Positions 36,060 to 48,289 of a stretch of DNA of 54,073 bases are shown piece after piece; position 1 is the first letter of the stretch; the number at the start of each line of letters is the position of its first letter. The stretch is taken from NCBI RefSeq assembly GCF_006345805.1, contig NW_021833797.1:1-54073 (forward strand), written 5' to 3'. The notes below the pieces were generated by a model, which was not told the DNA's origin, made no database searches, and worked only from the letters and a program-made list of their open reading frames with translations. A program made the position numbers and the translations under genes. This DNA comes from Octopus sinensis (lineage: Eukaryota).

Positions 36060-36992
36060 AGTTGCTGCTGTTGCTGTTGCTGCTGTTGCTGCTGCCACTG
36101 CTATCCACATCGCAGACTGATACTGTATCGGGCTTATCCTTCAAAGAGGAAGTCATGTGTAACGATTAACGACTTTTGGGATTCTTTCGTCGGTCCAATT
36201 TTCGAGAACCTTCCTTAAAATCCTTGCAATTCTATTCGAATGTCGATTCCAGTATTTTTTTTTATTTTGACTGTGCCACGAGTACCCAACGGCAGTGGCA
36301 CAATGTCGATATTTTTTCCACGCCCCATACAGTGAAGCAACTTCTCTTTCGACGTCACGATATTTCTGAATGCTTTTTTTTTTGTTTCTTTATCTCATCC
36401 CTTCTCACACTCTCCGTCGCCACCAGGAAATGTTATGTCAGTTACTGTGCAATGTCTTTTCCTTTGTAGACGATAACAGTATCTGGTTCTCTTACCTCAA
36501 TCAACCGATCGCATTCAGTGTTGAAATCCCATAATAACTTCATTATCTTTCATTGCATCACATTGAGGATCACATTCCCCATAACCTTTGTTCAAATTAT
36601 ATTTTCCACGTAGTTTCTATTAAAACAATACGTGCAATATTGTCGTGCTTCCCTTTGTAATATTTTTATGCAAGTTTTCTACATACTGTCACCATAAAAA
36701 CCTAATGCATTCACCTGTTTTTTTTTTCACCATAAATCGATATAAGGACGATTCAACAAAATGTATCGATACTTTGATAGTTTACCTATTTTGTACTAAG
36801 ACCCTCCTTCTCATTCTCCTCCTCCTCCTCCTCGTAATCGTCGTCGTTGTTGTCGTAATCAGCAGCATCATCGTCTCTCTTTAGTGGCTATGGCGAAAGT
36901 TTTTGTTCGGTGGACAAGGCCCAGAGGGTTCTATGGCATTCTTGATATACTGCCCCAAGCTATTTTCATCTAAGCATATACAACTTATTCAT

Positions 36993-37036
<44 letters not shown>

Positions 37037-37139
37037 GTCGCTGCTGTTGCTGTTGTTGTTGCTGCTGCTGCTACTACTGCTACAACTGCTACTGCTATCC
37101 ACATCGCAGACAGACACTGAATAACCAAGCACGTCGAAA

Positions 37140-37340
37140 CAAAATTTGGTTTAAAAAAAATGTAGAGTAATATTCCTGACGAGAGGGCAAGTCAACAGAC
37201 TTGAAGGTATTGAATTACCATTTAAGGAAATCATGAAAAGGATTGATGATACATGGGCATATTGGAGATGAGTGAAGTGGTGGAAAAAGGAAGGAAGAAA
37301 AGATTTTCCGAGAATATCTCCGAAGACTTAGAGGACAGAC
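37140..37340 (+). mobile_element. R4-like RT fragment
   Basis: Shares ggagtaatattcctga and ggaaatcatgaaaaggattgatgata with 41700-41800. Confidence 0.5.
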
Positions 37341-37954
37341 ACTATGTTTGATCGAGTGCTCATTGAGTTTACAAGTTTCATTTGGAATGGAATGTGTGGA
37401 GGAAGGAATTTGTCAAAATGTGGATGACTGAGGGAAAACTGGCTGGGGTTGAATTGAACTATGGTAAGCATACACCTGCAGCTTGGAAAACAACAGTGGG
37501 ACGAAAGCCTGTGTTCCTGTTGGTCAGGGAGATCCTGGATCTGAGGGGCTCATTGATTAGGCCTAGTTGGAGATTTTCCTGAATCAGGCGGACTGTATCA
37601 TCCATGTCTTCACTTATTTTGTATGCCATGAATACTTTTTTTTTCTCATTTCCTTCTTCTCTCCCTTTCTTCCACTCATCTTTTTATGTAAATTACCAAA
37701 TGAATTTTAAACTGTTCTTGTAATGCCCCTTTCATCAGATGCCGCAATGGCAAACAGAATCATCATCATCATCATCGTCATGATCATCGTCGTCGTCATC
37801 ATCATCATCATTATTGATGTTGCTGTTCTAACTTGGCATAATCGGTTGAGTGGCGTATAGAATGTCTTGTGACATTTACTTACTGCTACATTCACTTACG
37901 CTTCCTTTTGTTTAATTGTTTAAACATTCCCTTGTTTAATCGTTTACCCTTAAT

Positions 37955-38188
37955 TAAATATGGTGGCTCAAACAAAACGTGAACAAATTGTAGCATTGAA
38001 AATGGCAGGTGTAAAGAATAAAGGCCTATGGGGAAAGCAAAGGATAGCCATTTTGAACTGTAAATATATCTAAAAAAATATCAATAAGTATAACAATCAA
38101 CCTGTAAAATTTCATTGATCAAAACCTAAAACTTTTTATTTTATGATAAAATGAATAATGAGGAAATATATATGCGCCGTACCCTGTA
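37955..38188 (+). mobile_element. Tc1-like deletion derivative
   Basis: MVAQTKREQIVALKMAGVKNK (HTH-start-like) and right end GCGCCGTACCCTG-TA. Left TIR not found. Confidence 0.4.
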
Positions 38189-38369
38189 CAACTTTGTACG
38201 TCCTGAATTCTCAACCATTACGGTCTAATTACATCCTTATAGGTTCCTTAAAAGAAGTGTGCACCATATACTGGAGATCGATCTAGTAGAATGTTTCCTC
38301 CTTTCAAATACTTAGCCTTGTAGCTACATAGACAAATGATTTTCGATCTGTACTGTTAACTTAGTCAAG

Positions 38370-39090
38370 ATCAATAAACAAGGTCCCGATTCCTGGAGAA
38401 ACTCGATGCATATTTCTCGACATGCACGGAAACGTTCTCGGATCGGATTAGCGAATTTATCAAAAAAGAATTGACAAGTGCAATTATCAATAGCTGAAGG
38501 AGAGTCTCGTTAAAAACTAAAATTAAAACAGAATCTGTTAGTTTTATCAGAAATGTATCGATGGAGAACAGGAGATTAAAAGAGGTGGGTATGCACATTG
38601 ATAAGAAGAGGTTATCAGAAAAGACAACGGTCCTTGTCGACTTCCTCGTCACTAAACACAAAGGATGCATTGCTCGTATGAGGGTACGTTTTCTGAAAGG
38701 CGAAGGAAGCAAATCGAGGTCACTAAACCGAATCTTGATCTTTCGCAGATTGCAACGAATGCACCTGTCCTATTCCAGCAAATGTGAGAGCGAAATTTTT
38801 CTTTTTCTCGTTTTTTTTTCTTTTCTTTTCTTTGGTGAACTAGACCAGCGGACTTTGATACCTATCTTGACAATTTTCCACAACTCTCTGCTGAAGACGC
38901 AGAATCTTGTGAAAAATAATTTCATTTTGAGCTGATGAAGTAGCAGATCTGCTGAATGGCTGTGCGATGGGAAAATCGCCGGGACTGGATGGCCTGCCCT
39001 ACAACCTTCTTTGTCACATGCTGAGTTTCATCGATGCTGTTTTGGCAGCCGTCTATTTCAAGCGGTAGTAGACAAGTAGGTATTCTAAGT
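38370..39090 (+). mobile_element. L1/Tx1-like LINE remnant
   Basis: GKSPGLDGLPYNLL pre-RT motif at ~38970-39010. Confidence 0.55.
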
Positions 39091-40511
39091 CTAAGCTGAA
39101 TAGTGATTTTCCGAAACTAGTTTCTTTGACGGAACTGCAGTTGGGTGATTGTGAGTTTGGCGAGTGGAATGTTGCCAGACGCGCACTGCTCATTAATTTC
39201 TGAACTGTTACCTGTGGAACATCCACCAACGCATTTTCATGTCCGGTGAGTTCACTGTCGTCGAGTCACTGTTTTTTAATAATAAGATAGTTTTAAACTA
39301 TCAATGGTGAAATACTATGGATATATATTTCTCTCTAAACTTTCCTCGCGGTGAACTTTCTTCACAGTGAATTGATGGCTATGAACCTAACTGCATTTTA
39401 CAGAGATTTAGTGGAAAATGTGAATACCGATGGTGTGGTTATATAGTGGAGGATATGAACAACGTTAGTTGCAAGTCTGTTCATCGGCAAGGGCAGTCTG
39501 TGTAATCACTTATAGAGGACTTTCAAGTCAGGGACTAGAAACAGTTTTGGCCTTGTATTACAAGGAGAAACATCACAGGCATGGTCATGTTGGATCCACC
39601 AACAGCAAAATTTTCTTAACCGTTTGTAATTTACTCGTCCAGTGTGCGTGTATTGTAGATTTTGGGGCTTATGTCGAATAGCTGTTATCACTTGCGGGGC
39701 TGATCCGGTGTATTGCGGAAATCGACCCAACACTTCAGTTCATGAAGACGGAAGTGAAATGAGGGTAAAGTAAAGAAAGAGGTGAAGGTAAATAATAAGA
39801 AGGTGAGAGTAGATGGAGAAGTTAGGATAATATAGCGAGTAAAGAAAATGATGATGAGGGTAAATTCAATAAAATTGTGAAAGGTAAGTGAAAGTAGAAA
39901 AACTGGCTTGTTGAAATGGTTTCAATCATGCAATATGTTTAGGCTAATGGGAAGGGCGCTCGTTGTGTGATTGTGTGTGCACTGGTACCCGAATCACTCT
40001 ATGTGACTCTTCCTAGCCATATCGAGGATCATTACAAGTTGTTATGTAGTTCTTCTAAGCTGATAGCGTTGCGGGTCTTTACGTTATGAGTTCAAAACCC
40101 ACCGGTGTCAGTTTACCTTTCATCATTTCGGTGTCGATATAATAAAGTACCAGTCAAGTACTGGAGTCAATATTATCGACTAACGGCAAACCCCAATATA
40201 TTATATATTATATTATATTATATTATATCATATTACAGGAACGCATTGCCTAGTGGTTAGGGTGTTGCATGCGGGATCGTGGTTTCAATCACTAGACCGA
40301 ACGGTACGTTGTGTTTTCTCTGCAGCCACTTCGACACCTGACGCATGGTACACCGTGCACCTGTTCAGGCAAGATCAATCTGATGACAAGAGTGAGCTAA
40401 TGTACAGCATGAACTTTTGGTCTCTATAAACAAATCATTTATGCAGGCCGTTGGGCAAAAAGCTGAACATTCATACAACATCTTCGACGGGAGAATCAAT
40501 CATATTATATT

Positions 40512-40715
40512 AAGGCGCTGAGCTGGCAGAATCGTTAGCACGCCGGGTAAAATACTGAGCGGCACTTTATCCATCTTTACGTCCTGAGTTCAAATTCTGC
40601 CTGTGTCAATCCGTTCAGGGTTGATAAAATAAGTACTAATTGAGCTCTGGGGGTTAATGTAATCGACTTAACCCCTCCCCCCGGAATTGCTGGCCTTGTG
40701 CCAGAATTTGAAACC
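40512..40715 (+). mobile_element. SINE family B (tail ii)
   Basis: aaggcgctgagctggcagaatcgttagc head. Confidence 0.75.
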
Positions 40716-40829
40716 ATTATAATCATTCTTGTTGTTGATGAAGTAACACACTTCATTCAGATTTCGTGAACTCTGCCGAATTTTCGTGGAGTTCTAAGGA
40801 GCACTGTTTTCTGTAGATTCTGTTCTATA

Positions 40830-41040
40830 GATGATCTTCACATGTACCCGTATTTTTCAATCCAGTTCGTTGGCACTTACTGTACCCAAGGCTCCAACAA
40901 CACGTACTACATCACCTTCTTCAATGACAAAACCACTTTTAACTCCCACTTTAAATCATCATATCTGACCTGCGTCTCTTTCCGATAATCTATTATCACC
41001 AGGACATGCAATACCTATGATTAAACTGGTATTTTCCCTC
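40830..41040 (-). mobile_element. R4-like RLE-domain fragment
   Basis: IACPGDNRL..RYDDLKWEL..VVGALGTVS remnants. Confidence 0.55.
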
Positions 41041-41689
41041 TTTATTCACAACCGTTATATACCGATTTTCAACGTTCAATTTCATAATCACATTAGGTCA
41101 TTGTGACCTACTGTGTTTCTACCTTGATACTCTTGATTACTCTTCTGAGGTTTGCCCATACAGCGCTCTTGCTCTTTCCAAACCATACTTTTCACACAGC
41201 TCCCAATCATTCTCATGACATCATCCTGTCTTCTTTCGTATTTTTTTTTGGTGGGGGCCACACAGTCTCATTTTTATCACCGCACAACCTGCACTTTTCA
41301 CTCTCTACTGTGTTGTCGGCCTCGCATTTGACTTAATTTGTTCTGAGTGCTTGTTGCTGTGCAGCACAGATAAGTGCTTCTATTTCTGACTTCAAGTCAC
41401 GCTTCCTTAGATAGCATTACCTTCTGTCGGCATCTGTATTCCTGCTCCCTCCTCCGCAAACTACCCGTACACCTCTTTTTCCACTCCATTTTCTTTCGTC
41501 TTAAAATATTTTTCTTTGTACTCTCTTGTTTCCACGCAAATATCTGTCCTAACTACCAGATATTCTCATCTGCACCAACAAGGGATCTGTGTTACTTTTG
41601 ATATACCACGTCAAGCTAATTTCTTCTGAGCCGTTCGCAACTTTTACAACGAATTAGTCCTCGCCCCTTCTTGTACCTGGTTACATCGA

Positions 41690-42030
41690 AATGGAATTTA
41701 ATCTAAAAACCGTGGAGTAATATTCCTGAAAAAATGATCGGAGGTGTAAAATTGCCATCAGGGGAAATCATGAAAAGGATTGATGATATTGGGTGTAAAT
41801 ATCTTGAGTGAAGTTATAGAAGAAGAAAGGAAGACAAATGTTTCTCAAGAGTGTATCTGAAGACTTAGACTGGTTCTGTGGTAAAAACAATTGAATGGAT
41901 GAAATAGTATCAGGTATCCAATACATGGTGATTACATTATTGAGCTATGTGCAAGTATTATCATTTAGAAGAAAGTGGAGTTACAGAGGCTGGACCGAAA
42001 ATCGAGAAAACGTCTCACAATGCACGGAAC
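41690..42030 (+). mobile_element. R4-like RT C-terminal fragment
   Basis: KLPSGEIMKRIDD, then LDRKSRKRLTMHGTYH in a later frame. Confidence 0.55.
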
Positions 42031-42229
42031 ATACCACCTTAAGAGCATTATTTGTTCACTTAACTTCTCCCGATTCATCTATGTCACGTCTCAGCTCCTT
42101 CCCGCAATTTAAGGACACAACACTTTCTATGAAGTTTCTTAGTAATTTCTATGAAGTTTAGTATTTGCAGCTTTTGATGCCAAAATATTGCTCTCTTTGA
42201 GACGGTCTAAAGTGCACCGATCACAATCG

Positions 42230-43480
42230 GTACTACACTCTCTTTTGAGACTCTGAATTCGTTTCATTTTCCAATGCTTGGTCTTGATACTTCCCGATTT
42301 TTTCCGATTCTGTCATCAAAATAATCAGCTCTGTTAGTATAGCTACATCAATGAAGCTCCATTCTTCGGACTCCTTCCATGAGAGAGTGATATCTGATTG
42401 GTCACATTGCAGATTTTTGTCTTTGTATATTGGGATATCCCGTGTGAGTTTCACCCGATCATTTTCTGCTACTGACAAAAGTTGGTACTCTTACCACTTG
42501 GAACAGTACAATTCCCTGTGTATTCGCCCAACCATGAATCATATTATTTTTTGTACTCCTTTTGGGCCAGTTTTGGGAATCCACTAATTGTATGTTCAAC
42601 TCTCTCAGATGATTTTTCCCGTAGTCTATGCAAAGTTGATACTGCTGTGTTATCAATGCTCCACTTAATTGAGTTGCTTTGTGAAGCTTGTTCTTGAGCA
42701 GCAAGAATCAATTCTTTTGTCTTCTTTAAAGAGAACCATGTCTTAACAATCTCCATGATGTTTCATCAGATTTATCCGATGTTTGTTGGAAAAGCATGGT
42801 AAGTAGCTTGCTTACCAATCGCATGGTTCCGGGTTCATTCCCATTGCGTGACACATTGGGCAAGTGTCTTCTATTATAGGCTCGGGCTGACTAAAGCCTT
42901 GTGAATGGATTTGGTAGACGGAAACTGAAAGAAGCCCGTCGTGTATATGTATATATATATATGTATGTTTGTGTATATGTTTGTGTGTCTTTGTCCCCCA
43001 ATATCGCTTGACAACCGATGGTGGTGTGTTTACGTCCCCGTAACATAGCGGTTCGGCAAAAGAAACCGATAGAGTAAGTACTGGGCTCCCAAAGAATAAG
43101 TCTTGGGATCGATTTGTTCGACTAAAGCGGTGCTCCAGCATGGCCGCAGTCAAATGACTGAAACAAGTAAAAAAAGTAAGAGTGTAAGACTTTCTCTTTC
43201 CAATTGATGATCTTTTCTCTGTTAGCCCTCATATTGTACCCCTGGGAGGGAGAGGGTCTCACTGTTGCCACTGGTTAACTTCTCACTCAGATAGGCATGC
43301 AAAGACTTGATTATCTTCACAACACTATCCTCGATTCCAGCTAGTCCAGTCCTCTTCCATCTTTCTACCCAGGTAAGTAAAATCTTACTACGTTACTTCT
43401 AGTATGAAGGCTCCCAATGCATAGCCATTAACTTTCTAATTTTGATATCCATGTTGGCCAGATTGGGTGAATAACAGTTG
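42230..43480 (-). mobile_element. R4/Dong-like LINE fragment interrupted by a SINE
   Basis: MH..LH..SNV.R.YL (43440-43370), LILAAQEQA, EHTISGFPKLAQKEYK, FIDVAI, KIGKYQD motifs in colinear order. Confidence 0.7.
42795..43170 (+). mobile_element. SINE family A nested in R4-like LINE
   Basis: Family A sequence interrupting colinear LINE motifs. Confidence 0.82.
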
Positions 43481-43494
43481 GGCAAGGGTATGTA

Positions 43495-43933
43495 TTTTCG
43501 GGGGCGTGGTTGAAATGTTTATAGCCATATTTTTTTGTCACTGACATGAGAGAAAAAATTAAAATTTTGTCTAAGAATGAAACACAAACCTTATTTTTAT
43601 GTTTTTTGTCACCCTCTATAAGAGGAGACTGTGGAGGCGCATGGCCTAGCGGTTAGAGCAGCGGGTTCGAATCTCAGACTGGGCGATGTGTGTGTTTATG
43701 AGCGAAACACCTAAGCTCCATGCGGCTCCGGCAAGAGGTAATGGCGAACTTCTGCTGACTCTTTCGCCACATCTTTCTCTCACTCTTTCCTCCTGCATCT
43801 TGCAGCTCACCTGCGACGGACCGGCGTCCCGTCCAGGTGGGGAATCTATACACCAAGGAAACCGGGAAACCGGGAAACCGGCCCTTATGAGCCAGGCGTG
43901 GCTCGAGAAGGAACAGACAACAACAACAACAAA
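43495..43933 (+). mobile_element. ~135-bp host segment plus SINE C' (third copy of the 16.2-16.6 kb junction)
   Basis: ggcgtggttgaaatgtttatagcc...gtcaccctctATAAGAGGAGACT|gtggag, the same junction as 16304/16305. Confidence 0.88.
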
Positions 43934-43953
43934 CATTATTATTATCATTATTA

Positions 43954-43997
<44 letters not shown>

Positions 43998-44749
43998 GTT
44001 ATTATTATTATTATTGTTATTATTATTATTATCATCATCATTATTATTATTATCATTATTATTATCATTATTATTATTATATTATTAATCGATTTTTTAC
44101 TATAATTGTTGATTTCATCCTTTTTTATCTCACGTTTCTTGCATTTTCTTTTCTCTTCTCTTATATTTGATCTTTAAACTGTCATCAAAATCTTGGCTCC
44201 TCGTGACCAATTATTAAACCCCATTTCCCTCGGCGTTGGGATACGAAAAACTGTACAGCAAATGATTAAATGAATCATTGCAGAATTTAATTATATTCCT
44301 TTAGGATCTGATTTCAAATCTCACTGGGGGTCATTATTGTCTTTCTTTCTTTCGGGGTCGATAAAATAGCGAGTACCAGATGCTTTATTAATGAACCTTA
44401 CTAACATAAAGTCCTTCTCAATCTTTCTAACTAATCCAACTACCAAAGCATTTGGTATCTCGTTTTTTTATACGGTATGCTTGCCTGATTGATAGTTCAT
44501 ACGTCTACTTTGGTTTGCTGGAAGCTACTGGGGCTAGAAGGTCCAAATAATTTAGAAAGAAATGAAAAAAAAACGTTTTTGTTTGTTATTCCAATTTTTT
44601 GCTTTTTTTTTTAGTAAATTATTTTGCATACATGCTGATCGAAGTTCAACGAAAAGAAAAAAAATAAGGAAAACAATATTAGTTACAGCAAAAACGAAAG
44701 GCCTTAAAAAAATTCATGTTCACTTAATAACAATTTCCTAGTTAGACAT

Positions 44750-45230
44750 AGATGATGACGAGGACAACGACGACCACAACAACGACAACAACAATGTTAA
44801 TTATGACTAAGATGATGATGATGATGGTAAAGGTAATGATGATAATTTCAGTAATCTTTCGAAGAAATTAATGCTATTAGTAATGACGGTGGCGGTGGTG
44901 CTACTTATGACGACGACGACGACGATGATGATGATGATGGTGATGATGATGATGGTGAAAGTAAATAGTGGCGTTAGTTGTAGTGGTGAGGATGATGATG
45001 ATGATGATGATTGTGTTGGTGGTGATGATGAAAACTAAGATGGTGGCGGTGGTGGTAGTGATAATGATAATGATGATGATGATGATAACGATGACAACGA
45101 AGATGACGACGACGACGACCACGACCACGACGACGGCGGTGATGATGATGCACGTGGAGGTTGTGCTGACGGTGACGATGACGATGATGACCACTGATCA
45201 TGTGGTCAATAACAAAAAGAAAATAAGAGA

Positions 45231-45263
<33 letters not shown>

Positions 45264-45394
45264 TAATAATAATAATAATAATAATAAAAACAATAAAACA
45301 ATCAAAGTACGAAAAAAGGACACAAATGTTTATATATTTTTTCCTTTTAAAATTTCTTCTCTCTTTCTTTGTATTTATTATGATTATTATTATT

Positions 45395-45425
<31 letters not shown>

Positions 45426-45470
45426 TATTATCATTATTATTCATATTAATAATATTATCATAGTCATTTG
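44750..45470. repeat. Compound GAT/GAC/GGT/TAA trinucleotide tract downstream of the Post1 stop
   Basis: Direct reading; source of the poly-H/M/V/T ORFs. Confidence 0.95.
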
Positions 45471-45856
45471 TTCGTATTGTTTTTATTGTTGTTACTGTTG
45501 TTGGAGGATAGTGTTGTTTTTCGTTTTTTTTTTTTTAATTTTATAATTTTATTTTATTTTATTATTTTTTTTTTTTCAATTTCCGTTTGTCTCTTTTTGT
45601 TTGTTTTGTGTTTTTACTGACTTCCTTCATACATACTAACGTAATCATTAACAACCAACATTATTTTTCTTCTTCTTCCTCCGCTCGTCATTTTTTTGTT
45701 TTTTTTTTTTCTCATTGACACTCTATCTCCCTTCCACTTTCTCTCTCTCTCCCCCCTCCCTCCCTCCCTCACTCTCTCTCCTCTTTCCCTCTCTCTCACA
45801 ACTTCTACATCACCAAAATCATTGTGTTTATTAACCACACAGGATGTTATTTGACA

Positions 45857-46126
45857 TCAATTCGAAGATTGACCTTTTAAAGTCTCATCCCGTTTTTGCA
45901 ACTTTTTCGCCTTTATTCGGCGATTCTGGAACCAAATTTTGATCTGTCGTTCACTTAAGTTAGCAGTTGTGATAATTCCCAGCGGCGTGACTTTGAGATG
46001 TAGGTGGAGATAGCGTACTCTCTTTCTAGCTCGGCGATTTGGTACTTGGAATATGGTCTTCGCGTTTCCGTAGAGCGATCGCTGACGGCGGCAGAGCTGA
46101 CGGTAGATGGATTGCTTGTTGTAGAT
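45857..46126 (-). CDS. Post1: Post1 posterior Hox gene, homeobox (last coding) exon, with two apparent 1-bp deletions (~46062 and 45960/45961)
   Basis: Acceptor ttttcttcttgcAG at 46128-46127. Three successive frames read ...AIALRKR | RRPYSKYQIAELEREYAISTYISKSRRWELSQLL | NLSERQIKIWFQNRRIKAKKLQKRDETLKGQSSN-TGA (45859-45857). Adding one base at each break gives an exact 60-aa homeodomain (46073-45896). PYSKYQIAELEREY and YISK..RWELSQ are spiralian Post1 signatures (from memory of the family). Confidence 0.9.
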   Translation of the reverse strand: MYNKQSIYRQLCRRQRSLYGNAKTIFQVPNRRARKRVRYLHLHLKVTPLGIITTANLSERQIKIWFQNRRIKAKKLQKRDETLKGQSSN

Positions 46127-46299
46127 CTGCAAGAAGAAAAAACAGATCAATCAATCAATCAATCAATGACTGAATAATTAAATAGAATAAGTTATAATAG
46201 CAATTATGGTAATGATAACATTAATAATAATATTATAACAACAGCAACAATAATAATAATAAGGTTTCTTTTATTGTCCCAAGGCACTTTTTATAAACA

Positions 46300-46490
46300 A
46301 TTCCTGGCAACAGGGTGAAATGCTTAACCGTATTTTGTCGTCTTTACGTTTTGAGTTCAAATTCCGCCGAGGTCGACTTTGTCTTTTATCTTTTCGGAGT
46401 CGATAAATTAAGTACCAGTGAAACACTGGGGTCGATGTAATCGACTAGTCCCCTTCCCCAAAATTTTCAGGGCCTTGTTCCTAGAGTATA
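46300..46490 (+). mobile_element. SINE family B (tail ii) in the putative Post1 intron
   Basis: Family core. Confidence 0.78.
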
Positions 46491-46611
46491 AATAATATTG
46501 TATTATTTATTTTTATGGATTTGTTGATGGCTAAAGATATTGTTGTATTCCTTTTGAGTACGCTGTTGGCCAAATACTCGCATGAAATGCTACAGAGTTA
46601 ATTGCTTTGAT

Positions 46612-46861
46612 TAGTGGTACTCAGCCATTTTTTGTTTATGGACCCCTATGATGCCTATTTTATTCAGTTGGACCCTTATAACCATTCAACATTAAAAAAA
46701 AATCCTATTTTGTATTTACATAATTAAATATTAAGAATTGTATGAAGAAAACAAAATTTTGTGTATTGTAGAAGTACAACCAATTTATTGTACATAAATT
46801 TTAACAACAAAATCTTATATGGACCCCCAGTGGTCATATGGAACCCGGTTGTAAACCACTG
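46612..46861. mobile_element. Non-autonomous hAT (Charlie-like) MITE in the putative Post1 intron
   Basis: Ends TAGTGGTACTCAGCC / GGTTGTAAACCACTG resemble CAGTGGTTCTCAACC TIRs. 8-bp flanks GCTTTGAT / GCCTAGAT (6/8) fit a decayed TSD. Confidence 0.7.
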
Positions 46862-47556
46862 GCCTAGATTGTAAAGATCTATACTACTTGGGCAATTATA
46901 AATCTCGTGGGCTCGCCTGTCGTGGACGACAAGTGAGGTTTCTGCTGAGCAACCTACACAGATGATTTGGGTATAGTGGTCAAATGTTTATTTTAGTTCG
47001 CTCCCTCTATCAAATCGACATTGTCTGTACAGGTACGCAGTGAAGTATATGTCAGATGTCGAAGTGAAATGAAGTGTTTTGCCTAGTAGCAAAATGCATT
47101 GCTCTGGACTCGAAACAGGTCCTAACCACTAGGCTACGCGCCCTCACAAATATAAACAGCGATGACAGTATCAAGAAGCAAACTAAGGCCAAGAATGGAT
47201 ACCTTCAAAATGGAGAAGATGCAACCACACAGAGTGATTCGAGACACACGGTACATACCAAGCACAAGTGGCCTCTAGTTTTATACGCTGGCGTTATAGT
47301 TAGACTACGGCCGTCTAGCCATGTGAGTTTTGTCAGTTTCACCCAGCTCACATAAAAATTACTAGGGAACAGTACCTTCCTCTCTACTCACACGTTCCTG
47401 CTCAAGTGGTACTTGAAGAAGTTGCTGACTGTTTGGCCTGGTATGAAAAGTTCTGTCATGTCCACTAAACAACTCTTTCGTCATAGTTGCCAGACAGAAG
47501 GAGACGGTGGGGAGGAGGGGGGCAGTCAAACGTCATTATAGACTCTGATAAGCAAA

Positions 47557-47591
<35 letters not shown>

Positions 47592-48070
47592 TACTACTAC
47601 TACTACTACTACTACTACTAATAATAATAATAATAATAATTTCTTTCGTATTATTACACATTTCGTATTCGCATCCGTTAACAAATGTCTCTGTGATTGA
47701 GGTGTACAGTTGACTTCTTCGGAATAATTAATCTTGTGTATTCTATTGACCTTGGAGAAACAAAAGAGGAAGCATGCGGCGATTTGATCTCAGAACGTAA
47801 AGGGACATGGGAGAAACTCGAAAGGTTCCTTTCACTGCATGTGCGCATGCACAAACACACACAAACATACACGTGCGCACGTATGTATGTATACATAAAT
47901 TCGTTATATACATACACGTCTCTTTGTATATCTCTCCCTATCTGTCTGTTTGTCTCTCTCTCTCTGTATATATATATATATATATATATATTGATAAAAA
48001 CGGTAAGATAACAAAAGAAAGAAAGAGACCTCAATATTATGTAAATAGAGGAAATTTATGTATAAAATAA

Positions 48071-48193
48071 TGTTACATTACTCAATAGTCAAGATAAAAC
48101 TCTGAGTTTCAGATGCCGAAGAGATGGTGTTGTGGATTTCCACTTCGGCATCTGAAACTCAGAGCTTTATCTTGAGTATTGAGTAATGTAACA
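48071..48193. repeat. 51-bp-stem hairpin (2 mismatches, 21-nt loop)
   Basis: Arms 48071-48121 and 48143-48193; loop plus right arm recur at 4761-4832. Confidence 0.9.
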
Positions 48194-48241
48194 TATTATT
48201 TTATATATATATATATATATATATAATATATCTATATATAT

Positions 48242-48289
<48 letters not shown>

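Noticed and set aside
38180-38200. Hox-cluster miRNAs (miR-10-like TACCCTGTA)
   Set aside because: Match is only 9 nt, is the end of a Tc1-like TIR, and has no precursor hairpin.
39100-39800. Possible Penelope RT/GIY-YIG coding remnant
   Set aside because: No diagnostic motif recoverable by eye; needs tBLASTn against PLE proteins.
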